This document shows, piece after piece, positions 25,072 through 36,791 of a stretch of 64,000 nucleotides of DNA. The stretch covers positions 38,192,001-38,256,000 of the forward strand of contig NC_073397.1 in NCBI RefSeq assembly GCF_028641065.1, in the 5' to 3' direction. The DNA comes from Leucoraja erinacea (lineage: Eukaryota). The notes beneath the pieces were generated by a model that ran no database searches, was not told the origin of the DNA, and saw nothing but the letters and a program-made list of their open reading frames with translations. Position numbers and translations under genes: made by a program. The number at the start of each line of letters is the position of its first letter. Within the stretch, counting starts at the first letter, position 1.

Positions 25072-25145
25072 TGCTCAGTTCTCTGGACAGGGTCTTGAAC
25101 CCACAAGCTTTGATTAAGAGGCAAGAGAATGACCAACTAAACCAA
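25072..25145 (-). mobile_element. tRNA-derived SINE head (SacSINE/Deu-SINE-like); its continuation lies at ~22822-22870
   Basis: Reverse complement reads ...ctcttaatcaaagcttgtgggttcaagaccc (B-box-like). Confidence 0.5.
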
Positions 25146-25636
25146 ATCTAATATTGGGACAATATAATATTCAATATTTAATCTTGGATACACCTCAGAA
25201 CAAATGGGAATGGGTCAGTGTATTGCTCCTCACATATTCCTGCATTATGATCAACATATCTATTGCTCTGTCATTTTTGCTGATCTGAGATGGCTCTCAG
25301 TCCTGCATTTTATCTTCAATATCTTTGCCTTAAACTGCCTGTGATCTTACTCCATCCTATCTGTACTTTATCATGTCTTCTTGTGACTGAGCTTTCCTTT
25401 ACAACCCCCCTCCCCCCAACAGTATTCACTCTGGGCTACGCCAATCCCTCATGCAAAACCTTTATAGCTATTTCATATCTTGCTGAATTGGTTGGGGATA
25501 TTGCCTATCTTAATAGCATGATATAAATGCAAGATGTTTGTTGCATCATTTGTGTGTGCTCTAGGTGGCCTTTATCCATCAATAATGTTGAATCCATGTT
25601 TCTGTCACTATATTAAACCACAACCTTTAGGATTAT

Positions 25637-25865
25637 TAAGAAAGCGAATGACAAATTGGCCTTCATAACGAGAGGAGTTGAGTATAGGAGCAAAGAGGTC
25701 CTTCTGCAGTTGTACAGGGCCCTGGTGAGACCACATCTGGAGTATTGTGTGCAGTTTTGGTCTAATTTGAGGAAGGACATTTGTGCTATTGAGGGAGTGA
25801 AGTCTAGGTTCACAAGGCTAATTCCCGGGATGGCGGGGCTGTCATATGTTAATGGAATGGAGAGA
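25637..25865 (+). mobile_element. CR1 internal fragment
   Basis: [21 protein letters not shown]. Confidence 0.85.
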
Positions 25866-26019
25866 TGGAGGGTTCCTACCCAGTGTTTCATCTTTACTAA
25901 GTTGTTTATTAGGGTGGGTGCCCTTTACGGATCATTGTCTAACTCAGTGAGTGCCTCGGTTGGGATTGCACTATGATGCCTGCTCCGTGCATGTGTGGTG
26001 GAGAGGGGTTACAGGCAGG

Positions 26020-27099
26020 TTTGGTTAGGGTTGAGGCAAGGGTCAGGGTCACGGTAAGGGTTATGGTCAGGGTCAGAGTAACGGTTAGGGTCAGGGTCAC
26101 TGTTAGTCAGGGTCAAGGTCACGGTAAGGGTTAGGATCAAGGTTGGTCAGAGTCAGGGTCGAGGTCAGGGTTAGTCAGGGTCAGGTTAAGGGTCAGGATC
26201 GGAGTAAGGGTTAGTCAAGGTCAGGTTAAGGGTCAAGGTCAGGGCTAGTCAGGTTAAGGGTCAGGGTTGGTCAAGAGTCAGGGTTAGTTAGGGTCAGTGT
26301 CAGGGTTGCTCAGGGTCAGGTTAAGGGTCTGGGTTGGTCAGAGTCAGGGTTAGTTAGGGTCAGGGTTGGTCAGGTTAAGGGTCTGGGTTCGTTAGGGTCA
26401 GGGTCAGGGTTAGTTAGGGTCAGGGTAAGGGTGGGTCAGGGTTAGGATCAGGGTAAGGGTTAGTCAGGGTCAGGGTTAGTCAAGGTCAGGGCTAGTCAGG
26501 GTCAGGTTAAGGGTCAGGGTTGGTCAGAGTCAGGGTTAGTTAGGGTCAATGTCAGGGTTGGTCAGGGTCAGGTTAAGGGTCTGGGTTGGTTAGGGTCAGG
26601 GTTAGTTAGGGTCAGGGTTGGTCAGGTTAAGGGTCAGGGTTGGTCAGAGTCAGGATCAGCGTTAGTCAGGGTCAGGGTTAGTCAGGGTCAGGGTTGGTCA
26701 GGTTAAGGGTCAGGGTTGGTCAGGATCAGGGTTGGTCAGAGTCAGGTTAAGGGTCAGGGTTGGTCAGAGTCAGGGTCAGGGTGTTAGGGTCAGGGTTAGT
26801 CAGAGTCAGGGTTGATCAGGGTCAGGTTAAGGGTCAGGGTTGGTCAGAGTCAGGGTCAGGGTGTTAGGGTCAGGGTGTTAGTGTTAGGGTCAGGGTATTA
26901 GGGTGTTAGGGTCAGGGTGTTAGGGTCAGGGTTAGTCAGAGTCAGGGTTGGTCAGGGTCAGGTTAAGGGTCAGGGTTGGTCAGAGTCAGGGTCAGGGTTA
27001 GTTAGGGTCAGGGTTGGTCAGAGTCAGGTTAAGGGTCAGTCAGGTCAGGATCAGCGTTAGTCAGGGTCAGGGTTAGTCAGGGTCAGGGTTGGTCAGGGT
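26020..27099 (+). repeat. Interstitial telomere-variant array (TTAGGG/TCAGGG/TAAGGG)
   Basis: ~1.1 kb of GGGTTA, GGGTCA and GGTTAAGGG units with higher-order repetition. Confidence 0.9.
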
Positions 27100-27459
27100 A
27101 CCGGGACCCTGTGGACCCGCTGGGGACGGGTGTCAGCAAAGCCACGTGTGGATCAGGAGCAACTTGATGAAGATCTGTACCGGAGCGCGGGATTGAGTCG
27201 GCGACGTCAACTGTCTGTAGTTTGGGCGGCGCTTTGTTTTATTTTGGTTTCCATTTAGAACCGGATTTGCATCGATCCCGCGCGGGGCGGGGGCGGGGCG
27301 CGCGGGGGCGCGGGGGGCGGGCGGCGGGCGGGGCGGGCGGGGGGGGCGCGCGGGCGGGGCGGGGGCGCGCGCGGGGCGGGGGGCGGGGGCGGGGCGGGGG
27401 GCGGGGGCGCGGGCGGGCGGGGGCGCGCGGGCGGGACGGGGGCGCGCTGGGGCGTCACT

Positions 27460-27516
27460 TCCGGTGTGACAGGCCATGGCGCCACCTCATTGTGTCTGTG
27501 TGAGCCGGACCCGCAG
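27460..27516 (+). other. DLGAP4: Putative alternative first exon (start approximate)
   Basis: Consensus donor CAG|GTGAGT at 27516/27517 just downstream of the promoter motifs; same strand as the DLGAP exons. Confidence 0.6.
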
Positions 27517-27648
27517 GTGAGTGAGTGAGGGGAGGGGGCCGCCGCCGCTCAGGGCTCCGTGTCGCCGCCGCTCTCCCCCCCGGCTCCGTGTCCGCACCTT
27601 CGCCCCCCCCCCCCTCCCGCTCACTCACTCCCTCCCTCCTCATTCACT

Positions 27649-27846
27649 NNNNNNNNNNNNNNNNNNNNNNNNNNNNNNNNNNNNNNNNNNNNNNNNNNNN
27701 NNNNNNNNNNNNNNNNNNNNNNNNNNNNNNNNNNNNNNNNNNNNNNNNNNNNNNNNNNNNNNNNNNNNNNNNNNNNNNNNNNNNNNNNNNNNNNNNNNNN
27801 NNNNNNNNNNNNNNNNNNNNNNNNNNNNNNNNNNNNNNNNNNNNNN
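27649..27846. other. Assembly gap (198 N)
   Basis: Run of N. Confidence 1.
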
Positions 27847-28080
27847 CCCTCTCCTCCTCCCTCCTCACTCTCCTCATTCACTCCCCGCTCCCTCACTCAC
27901 TCCCCGCTCCCCCTCACTCACTCCCCTCCCTCCCTCACTCACTCCCTCCCTCCCCGCTCCCTCATCACTCCCCGCTCCCTCATTCTCTCCCCTCACTCAC
28001 TCACTCCCCGCTCCCCCCTCACTCACTCCCTCCCTCCCTCACTCCTCCCTCTCTCCCCTCTCCTCCCTCACTCACTCCCG
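27847..28080. repeat. C/T-rich repeat (CACTCACTCCC variants)
   Basis: Read directly; also present on the left of the gap. Confidence 0.85.
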
Positions 28081-28689
28081 GCTGTCGCGGGGTCGCGGTC
28101 GCGTCACCATCGCTCTCGGCGCCGCTGATTCAAAGTTCATGGCAAGATTTGAGTTGTCATTTTACACGCTCTTTAGATTCTGTACAAATATAATTTTTAT
28201 TTTTAAATACACGTGTGATGTAATGTATTTACCACAATCAGGGAATTGAACACGAAACTAAATCTGTTTCCAACCTTTGGGGTTTTCTAGTTTATTTTAA
28301 CTTTTTCTATTGTGATCATGACTGATTTGTTGAGTTGTGGCAACCCTTGACCAACTATCACACTGCCCTTTGAACAATGAAGTGCAGTCTGCAACAGTCT
28401 GAAGTCATGATTCAAATATTTTTATTGAAATGATAATGAAGTTGTAGGAGTTTGTGGAATTGTTGTGACGGATGTGTTTTTGTAGTTCAGCAGTGGGTAA
28501 TTTGATCAACACAGACTGGCCATATCAAGTATGAATTTTATATCTGATCCTGATTTTGTTAAACTATTTCATTTTTGATATCTACTGTAAGTATAGTAAC
28601 AGGTATAGCTGTTTAGTGTTATATTAAAAAAACATTTCTCATTTGTGAGACAATAGCAGGTGTTGCAATTTGGGACGTCTAACAAGGGC

Positions 28690-29714
28690 TGGACCTACAC
28701 AATGAATGGTAGAGTAGGGAGTGTAGTAGATCAGAGGGATCTAGGAGTGCAGGTGCATGGTTCCTTGAAGGTCGAGTCGCAGGTAGATAAGGTGGTCAAA
28801 AATGCTTTTGGCACATTGGCCTTCATCAGTCAGTATTGAGCAGTGAAGAAGGGTCTTGACCCGTAATGTCACCCATTCCTTCTCTCCAGAGATGCTGCCT
28901 GTCCCACTGGGTTAATCCAGTTTTGTGTCTATTGAGTATAGGTTGGGAGCTCATGTTGCAGTCGTATAAGACGTTGGTGAGACTGCATTTAGAATATTGT
29001 GTTCAGTTCTGGGCACCCTGTTATCGGAAGGATATTGTTAAGCTTGAAAGGGTTCAGAGAAGATTTAAGAGGATGTTGCCAGGAATAGAGGGTGTGAGGT
29101 GTAGGGAGAGGTTAAGTAGGCTGGGACTCTATTCCTTGGAGCACAGGAGAATGAGGGGTGAACTTATAGAGGTGTATAAAATCATGAGAGGAGTAGATTG
29201 GGTAGATGCAGAGTCTCTTGCCCAGAGTATGGGTATCGAGGACCAGAGGACATTGGTTCAAGGTGAAGGTGAAAAGATTTAATAGGAATCTGAGGGATAA
29301 CCTTTTCACACAAAGGGTGGTGGGTGTATGGAACGAGCTGCCAGAGAAGGTAGTTGAGGCTGGGACTATCGCGACATTTAAGAAACAAACAGGTACATGG
29401 ATAATGTTCAAGAAGGAACTGCAGATGCTGGAAGATCAAAGACACACAAAAATGCTGGAGAAACTCAGCGGGTGCAGCAGCATCTATGGAGCGAAGGAAA
29501 TAGGTGACGTTTCGGCCCGAAACGTCACCTATTTCCTTCGCTGCATAGATGCTGCTGCACCCGCTGAGTTTCTCCAGCATTTTTGTGTACCCAGGTACAT
29601 AGATAGGACAGGCTTGGAGGGATATGGACCAAGCGCAGGCAGGTGGGACAAGTGTAGCTGGGACATGTTGGGCCGAGGAGCCTGTTACCAAACTGTGTCA
29701 TTCTATGACTCTAA
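28690..29714 (+). mobile_element. CR1 3' fragment with two nested Penelope-derived inserts (~28841-28929 and 29404-29591)
   Basis: [15 protein letters not shown] and TRGHWFKV...FTQRVVGVWNELP; second insert flanked by caggtacat(g/a)gata. Confidence 0.88.
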
Positions 29715-31099
29715 TAACAACTTTTGTGGAGTTTCCTATACATTGAGGGAGGCAGGAAGTGGATGCTCGTCGGTGGTGGATGTGGTGAGGTACTTCACTT
29801 TAGTAGAAGGTAACTGGTATAGCAAAATACAGACTTTTGATGGCTTTGAACCACACATGGGAAAAGTTAACCAACTTGAGTTTATGGTCATATGCACCAG
29901 TATGTTGAGGTGCAGCATCACAGGCACATAGAATCACAAATACATTAATTATACATCGTACAAATTCTGCAAGGCGCTAAAAGAAAGACTTGAAAACAGA
30001 TCAAGACATTAGTGCAAAAAACACAATTAGAAAAACAAGCCCAGAGTGGTGTTCCTTGCTAACGTTGGATTCAGGTTGTACCGATTTGTTCAAGAACCTG
30101 ATAGCTGTAGCAAAGGTGCAAAACAAAAGGAGGGACAAAGAGAAAGACTTTGGGGGCAGGAGGTGGAATTCAAATTTGACATTAACGTGAGTGTGCCAAC
30201 TTAACTTGACCCACAACCCGCATGTTCATTTACCCCTTCATACCCCAACCCTCCTCCCTCCTTTCATACCTGTCTGGATCTAAGGGAACTAACTAGAAAT
30301 GGTGTAATCATCTGAAATTGTTGAACTCCTCGCTCTTCAGACAAAGACCATATATGTGCCTCATGAAAATATAAAGTATGAACTCTGCCTCTACTTTCAC
30401 TGGTACAATGTCCAAAAATTAATAATTACAGTGATTGGAAGCTGAATCATGCGTGCAGACAGAATGGTGATCTTGTACAAAATGACCCCATGCTCCACAT
30501 TTCACCTTTTGAATGTAGGGAAGATGACAAAATGATCAGAAGATAGTGCATTGGAAGAACGATGAGTAAATCACTGCTTCTGAAAGTTTGAGCACCTGGA
30601 TGGTGAAATTACAGTGATTGCACTGCCTTTGGTAGCAAGATACCCTGTGAGGGCTGAATGGAGTATTGAATAAAGTTTAGTGGAAAGAAAGGGCTCTCTT
30701 TGGATTGCTGAGAGGGATGTGTTGTCATTAAATCACACGGGATTTATCAGAACATGTTATTTGGCCACTTGAAAGTTTTTGTACAGGTACTTTGCCTATT
30801 GGAAAGGACTGCTTTTTATTTTGAGAACTGCGGAAAGTTGGTAGTCCAAATGAATTTTGTAACCTCATCAACAAGTTATTTCACACTTCACATTTTGTGG
30901 CCCACACATGGTGATACATGAACTCGGTGGAATTAAATTTGCTAATTCTTCGAGGTCAAGGGTGCATTATTTAAACTGTAATTTGATCTGCTCTGGAGTG
31001 ACTGTTACAGATGGAGGGCATGAACATATTTGGTAGGTATGTTCTTTGGGAGGGCCTGCAATTCCACTGTTTTCACTTGTTCTTTATACATGGTCTTGT

Positions 31100-31520
31100 T
31101 AACATAGAAAAATAGATGCAGGAGTAGGCCATTCGGCCCTTCGAGCCAGCAGCACCATTCAATGTGATCATGGCTGATCATCTAAAATTGGTACCCCGTT
31201 CCGGCTTTTTCCTCTTATCCCTTGACTCCTTTAGCTCTTAAGAGCTAAATCTAACTCTTGAAAACATCCAATGAATTGGCCTCCATTGCCTTCTGTGGCA
31301 GAGAATTACACTGATTCACAACTCTCTGGGTGAAGAGGATTTTCCGCATCTCAGTCCTAAATGGCCTTCCCCTTATACTTAAACTGTGACCCCTGTTTTT
31401 GGACTCCCCCAACATCGGGAGCAGTTTTTCCTGCATCTAACCTGTCCAATCCCTTAAGTATTTTATATGTTTTTTATAAAACCTCCTCTCATCCTTCTAA
31501 ATTCCAGTGAATACAAGCAT
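31100..31520 (-). mobile_element. CR1 3' end
   Basis: RGHSLSIRGRPFRTEMRK and 3' UTR. Confidence 0.85.
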
Positions 31521-31582
31521 AGTTCTCAGCTTTCCCTCAGCCCTCGGGCACCTCCTCTCCTTTTTCCTTTCTTTCCTTCCCC

Positions 31583-31618
<36 letters not shown>

Positions 31619-31708
31619 ACACTACATCAGTCTGAAGAAGGGTTTTGGCCCGAAACATTGCCTATTTCCTTCGCTGCATAGATGCTGCTGCACCCGCTGA
31701 GTTTCTCG
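31521..31708 (+). mobile_element. Penelope pLTR fragment with expanded poly-C
   Basis: Pyrimidine tract, then cagtctgaagaagggttttggcccgaaacattgcc. Confidence 0.75.
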
Positions 31709-32179
31709 ATTAAAAGACTCATTGGGCTTGATTGCTTCTTGGATGCTCATTCTATATTTTAGGTCAATAATTCCCATGACTGAATGTGGAGTTTATTCAG
31801 GGGTGCCTACAGAACATCCATGGAATCTTTTTTCCAGGAAATCATTTTTGAAGGTGACTAAACATAATGAGAGCACTGGTGCCTGTGATGGTAGTATGGA
31901 AGGGTACACTGACATTGGTTTCTTATCCTACCAATATATTTTGCAGAGATGGAATTGGTGGAGCGACTCTTGCTTTGAAGTATAGAAGCAAATGACAGCC
32001 TGGTGGATAATGAACTTGATGCTGAGTTTCAGGTCTTGATTTTCAGATAGATGTTTCTTTAGATGGTCAAAGACTGCTGCTGTGTTCTAATCAATGGTGA
32101 ATGTAGCCATCAAATCATTCCTTGAATGGTTGGTTCTCAACGTATGGAAAGTGGTCCTCATTGATCCTTAATTGAGACC

Positions 32180-33625
32180 CTGGAGTGATATAGAGAACAA
32201 AATTAAAGAAGACCAAGATAAGGTGGATTTAGAAATGGCATACTGAAGGAAAACATGGTTGTGGTGGAAAGACAATATTCAGGCTGGGGGTCTGTGGAGT
32301 TCCGCAGGGATCTGTGCTGGGCAGCAGAACGGCAAATGGAGCTTAAATCGAGCAAGTGTGAGGTGTTGCACATTGGGAGGTCAAATGTAAGGGGGGAATA
32401 TGCAATTAATGGCATGACCCTCCAGCTGTATTGATGTACAGAGGGATCTTGGAGTCCATAACTACCTGAAAGTGGTAACACAAGTAAATAGAGTGGTATA
32501 GAAGGCATATGGCATGCTACCTTTCATAGGTAGGAGCATTGAGTGCAAGAGTCGATGTGAGGAGCACGGGCAGGTAGGAGGACTGGGTAATGCCTCCAGC
32601 GCGTTCAGATAGGCTGCAGGAGGCGTCCCAAGGTCACAAAGATGGGCGACCTAGGAGAGGAGAGGGATGTCAGTTTGCTGGACCTGGCCCAGCACATCGA
32701 GCGTATTTTGAATAATGGCGCCAAAAATGGTGGAGCCAGCATGTGTAATATATGCAAAATGAGTGGCTGGAACATGCTGCAGGGTTGGTGGTGGAAGATG
32801 ATACATTAGTGCAATTTAATAGTCTTTTATGATACGATAGAACTTTATTTATCCCGAGCGAAAATGATCTGCCAACACAAGAAACAATAGGCACATATTG
32901 GATAGACGTATGGATATGGAGGGAGTGTGTATGAAGGAACTGCAGATGATGGTTTACCCTCTGAGTTACTCCAGCATTTTGTGTCTATCTTTGGGTATGG
33001 AGGCAGTGATGAAAGCTGATGTATAGGAGCAAAGAGATCCTTCTGCAAATGTACAGGGCCCTGGTGAGACCACACCTGGAGTATTGTGTGCAGTTTTGGT
33101 CTCTTGATTTGAGGAAAAACATTCTTTCTATTGAGGGAGTGCAGCTTCGGTTCACCAGGTTAATTCTAGGGATGATGGGACTGTCATAAGATTAAAGAAT
33201 GGAGCGACTGGGCTTGTATTCACTGGAATTTAGAAGGATGAGAGGGAATCTTACAGAAACATAATTATTAAGGGATTGAACACGCTAGATGCAGGAAACA
33301 TGTTCCCGATGTTGGGGGAGTCCAAAACCAGAGGCCACAATTTAAGAATAAGGGGTAGACCATTTAGAACTGAGATGAGGAAAAACATTTTTTTGAGAAT
33401 TTGTGGAATTCTCTGCCTCGGAAGGCAGTGGAGGCTGATTCACTTGATGCATTCAAAAGAGAGTTAGATAGAGCTCTTAGGGCTAGCGGAATCAAGGGAT
33501 ATGGGGAGTAGGCAGGAACGGGATATTGATTGTGGATGATCAGCCGTGATCACATTGAATGGCAGTGCTGGCTCAAAGGGCCGAATGGCCTACTCCTGCA
33601 GCTATTGTCTGTGTATCTATGTATA
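32180..33625 (+). mobile_element. Old CR1 fragments plus a younger CR1 3' fragment (~33020-33625)
   Basis: LDAGNMFPMLGESKTRGHNLRIRGRPFRTEMRK; degraded RT upstream; Penelope-derived insert ~32928-32996. Confidence 0.75.
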
Positions 33626-33719
33626 TTGGTTACGTGCAGGTAGATAAGAGACGGTCTTGGTATCTACAGCACAGACTTTGTGGACTGAAAAGTCTATTGT
33701 ATATTATTCTATGGATGTC

Positions 33720-34500
33720 AAGAAGGGGAGAGTGTTGAAGGATTGTTAATCATCTGGAGTAGAGGTGATGGTGAACCAGCACGTTGGTATCCCTTCATTA
33801 TACCTTCATGGGTAGATGCTGGGGCAAAGTGAGTGAGTGGAGTGAACCAGGAAGGAATAATCTCTTTATAATGCTGTGAGAGAAGGGAAGATGTGTCTGG
33901 TGGTGGAAGGTAGCTAAAACTAGATGATGTGTGGAAAACAATAACCAGAATTGGAGGAGGCGTTTGAAAATAGAAGTGTAGAAATGTAACACATTTGAGA
34001 TTGGAATGAAAACCAGCGTCAGTGGAGGGAAGATAGACACGAAAAGCTAGAATCACTCAGCTGGGGTCAGATAACATCTCTGGAGAAAAGGAATAGGTGA
34101 TGTTTCGGGTCGAGACCTTTCTTCAGACAGACATTTGACTATGGTAAAGGAAAAGCCACCATGAGATGAAAAAGAAAGCCATCATGAATGAGTGGAAAGT
34201 GCCATCATCAGAGCAAACTGAAATAATATGATGTGGTCCCTACAGGAATTAGGATGGGAGGAGAACATTTTAAGAATCTGAACTTGTAATGGGTATTGAT
34301 GATTCAGGCATCTCTGAGGTTGTGACAGAAATGGAGAAAGAAAACTATCAGAGATGGACTATATCATTGGGTTAACCCTAGTGGGAACAGAATACACAAT
34401 TTCAAGAAGTATAATTTGAGCTCCACATTGAAGTAGGAAACAGCACAAAAACAGTCATCAAGTCTACTAATAAGAGGTGATTGCAATCTAAAATGAGGTG
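33720..34500 (-). mobile_element. Degraded Penelope-like ORF fragment with a nested pLTR piece (~34030-34130)
   Basis: Weak resemblance to the elasmobranch PLE RT-linker region; the pLTR piece is clear. Confidence 0.4.
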
Positions 34501-35164
34501 CATTCTATGTAGCCCATAACAAGACAGACATTGCTTAGACCTAATGTAAGGATGAATTTCTGATCTTCCAATCTACCTCATTGTAGCCCTTGCAGTATCT
34601 TTTTTATTGGATATTTACAGCTGTAACGCTATTTTCTGCACTCAGTTTTCTCTGTTGCACTACCTGATGTATTTGTGTGCTATATGATATGCCTGGATAT
34701 CACACAAAGCAAAGTTTTTCACTGTATCTTGGTGGACATCACAATTGAGTTTAAGTTGTTCAATGCGACAAAACGTTTGTCCAGATGAGGAGGTGTTTGG
34801 ATCTCTCTTTAAGAAAAAAAATGAAGCACACTCAGATCTTTGGGGATTGGATGGAAGTGTAGAGGGATAGGCATTTCTGGTGAAAATTAGCTATTAGGAC
34901 CATGAGAAATGGAGAACAGGGGAGAGAAAAGACTTTGCCACAGTGAACCCACTGTGATGGATGTTTGTGTGAATTAAATTGTGTGTATGTCTGTAGGAAA
35001 TTGTCTTTGTTTGTATTGCTGTGGAAATGGAATTTTGTTTGAGCCCTGAGGCTCAAATGATAATAAATATTGTATTGTATTGTATGATACTAGAAACAGT
35101 TAAAATGATCCAGAACTTATTTTGGAGATATTTGTATTAGAACACAACCTGCATGAATGGATTG

Positions 35165-35382
35165 GATACAAAATGCTGGAGTAACTTAGTGGGTGTGGCA
35201 GCATCTCTGGAGAAAAGGAATGGGCGACTTTTCAGGTCGAGACCCTTCTTCAGTCTGAAGAAGGGTCTCGACCCGAAACGTCGCCCATTCCCTGTCTCCA
35301 GAGATGCTGCCTCACCCGCTGAGCTACTCCAGCATTTTGTGTCTACCTTTGATTTAAACCAGCATCTACAGTTCTTTCTTAC
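35165..35382. mobile_element. Fold-back Penelope-derived element
   Basis: Palindrome centred at cttcttcag-t-ctgaagaag (~35254) with ~90-bp arms plus a 3' tail. Confidence 0.9.
35255..35282 (+). ncRNA. Minimal type I hammerhead ribozyme-like motif
   Basis: CTGAAGA-A-GGGTC-TC-GACCC-GAAA-CG-TC: intact CUGANGA/GAAA/UH core, stem II and palindromic ACGT stem III. Confidence 0.6.
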
Positions 35383-35936
35383 AATAGACAATAGACAAAA
35401 GGTGCAGGAGTAGGTCATTCGGCCCTTTGAAACCAGCACCGCCATTCACTGTGATCATGGCTGATCATCCGCACTCAGTATCACGTTCCTGCCTTCTTCC
35501 CATATCCCCTGACTCCGCCATCTTTAAGGGCTCTATCTAACTCTCGAAAGCATCCAGTGAATTGGCCTCCAATGCCTTCTGAGGCAGAGAATTCCACAGA
35601 TTCACAACCCTCTGTGTGGAAAAAGTCTTTCCTCATCACTGGTTCCGGACTCCCCCAACATCGGGAACATGTTTCCTGCCTCTAGCATGTCCAAAACCTT
35701 AATAATCTTATATGTTTCAATAAGATCTCTCATCCTTCTAAATTCCAGAGTATACAAGCCCAGCCGCTCCATTCTATTAACATATGACAGTCCCGCCATT
35801 CTGGTAATTAACCCCGTGAACCTACGCTGCACTCCCTCAATAGCAATATTGCCCTTCCTCAACTTTGGAGACCAAAACTGCACACAATACTCTAGGTGTG
35901 GGCCCTGTACAACTGCAGAAGGACCTCTTTGCTCCT
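35383..35936 (-). mobile_element. CR1 3' fragment with internal deletions
   Basis: [16 protein letters not shown]...DLIETYKII. Confidence 0.88.
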
Positions 35937-36272
35937 GAATGGATTGGATAATTTGCTTTGGTACATCACTAATTTTGCTACTAAGTAGCTTTACTTGTAT
36001 AATTCGAATTGGAATGGTGAAATTAGCTGGGGATTTTTTTCTGGAAAATACTAATGTGTATGTCATTTGCTTTCATGGTAGGTACATATAAGCTGTTTGA
36101 GACTGACTATATGTTTGCAGGATTGAAGCTGCTGGTAGGCAATGGAAAGATGGCAAATCTGCTAATCAGATAAAGCTTTATAATTAAAACTCAGCAAGAA
36201 ATATTAGATCAGGTAGAACCTGTGGAGCGAAAAACAATTAACATTTCAGGTTGGTGAAGGGTCATCAACCAG

Positions 36273-36308
36273 AAGTCTGAAGAAGGGTCTCCACCCGAAA
36301 CGTTGCTT
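36273..36308 (+). ncRNA. Minimal hammerhead ribozyme-like motif in a Penelope-derived element (to ~36392)
   Basis: aagt-CTGAAGA-A-GGGT-ctcc-ACCC-GAAA-CG-TT-gctt; a 4-bp stem I is possible. Confidence 0.55.
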
Positions 36309-36392
36309 ATTTCCTTCGCTCCATAGATGCTGCCTCACCTGCTGAGTTTCTCCAGTATTTTTGTCGACCTTCGATTTACCAGCATCTGCAGT

Positions 36393-36625
36393 TAGAAACA
36401 TAGAAAATAGGTGCAGGAGTAGGCCATTCGGCCCTTCGAGCCTGCACCACCATTCAATATGATCATGGCTGATCATCCAGCTCAGTATCCCGTACCTGCG
36501 TTCTCTCCATTCCCCCTGATCCCCTTAGCCACAAGGGCCACAGCTAACTCCCTCTTAAATATAGCCAATGAACTGGCCTCAACTACCTTCAGTGGCAGAG
36601 AATTCCAGAGATTCACCACTCTCTG
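36393..36625 (-). mobile_element. Short CR1 3' end
   Basis: Near identical to the reverse complement of 43540-43770. Confidence 0.9.
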
Positions 36626-36791
36626 TTCACCATCTGAAAGTCAAGTTTCATTCCATTCTTTTCTATTGAATTATATATGAATGATCCTCAATAATGGCTC
36701 TCCTCACCTTCTATCCATGCCCGCATGCATCATTCATATATAATTCAATAGAAAAGAATGGCATGAAACTTGACTTTCAGATGGTGAACAG
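36623..36791. repeat. Inverted repeat with 63-bp arms and a 43-nt spacer
   Basis: 36623-36685 versus 36729-36791, one mismatch. Confidence 0.95.

Larger units (their letters stand above)
27100..28130 (+). promoter_or_regulatory. CpG island / GC-box promoter inside the DLGAP4 intron
   Basis: Dense CpG in an otherwise CpG-poor window; many GGGGCGGGG Sp/KLF boxes (27285-27420); overlapping CRE-half and ETS motif GCGTCACTTCCGG (27452-27464); YY1-like CCATGGCG. Confidence 0.85.

Noticed and set aside
26020-27099. Chromosome end or fusion site
   Set aside because: Single orientation, highly degenerate, no head-to-head TTAGGG/CCCTAA junction, and located inside a gene intron
27133-28249. Pro/Arg/Gly-rich ORFs
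   Set aside because: GC-rich promoter, C/T repeat and N gap lack stops by composition
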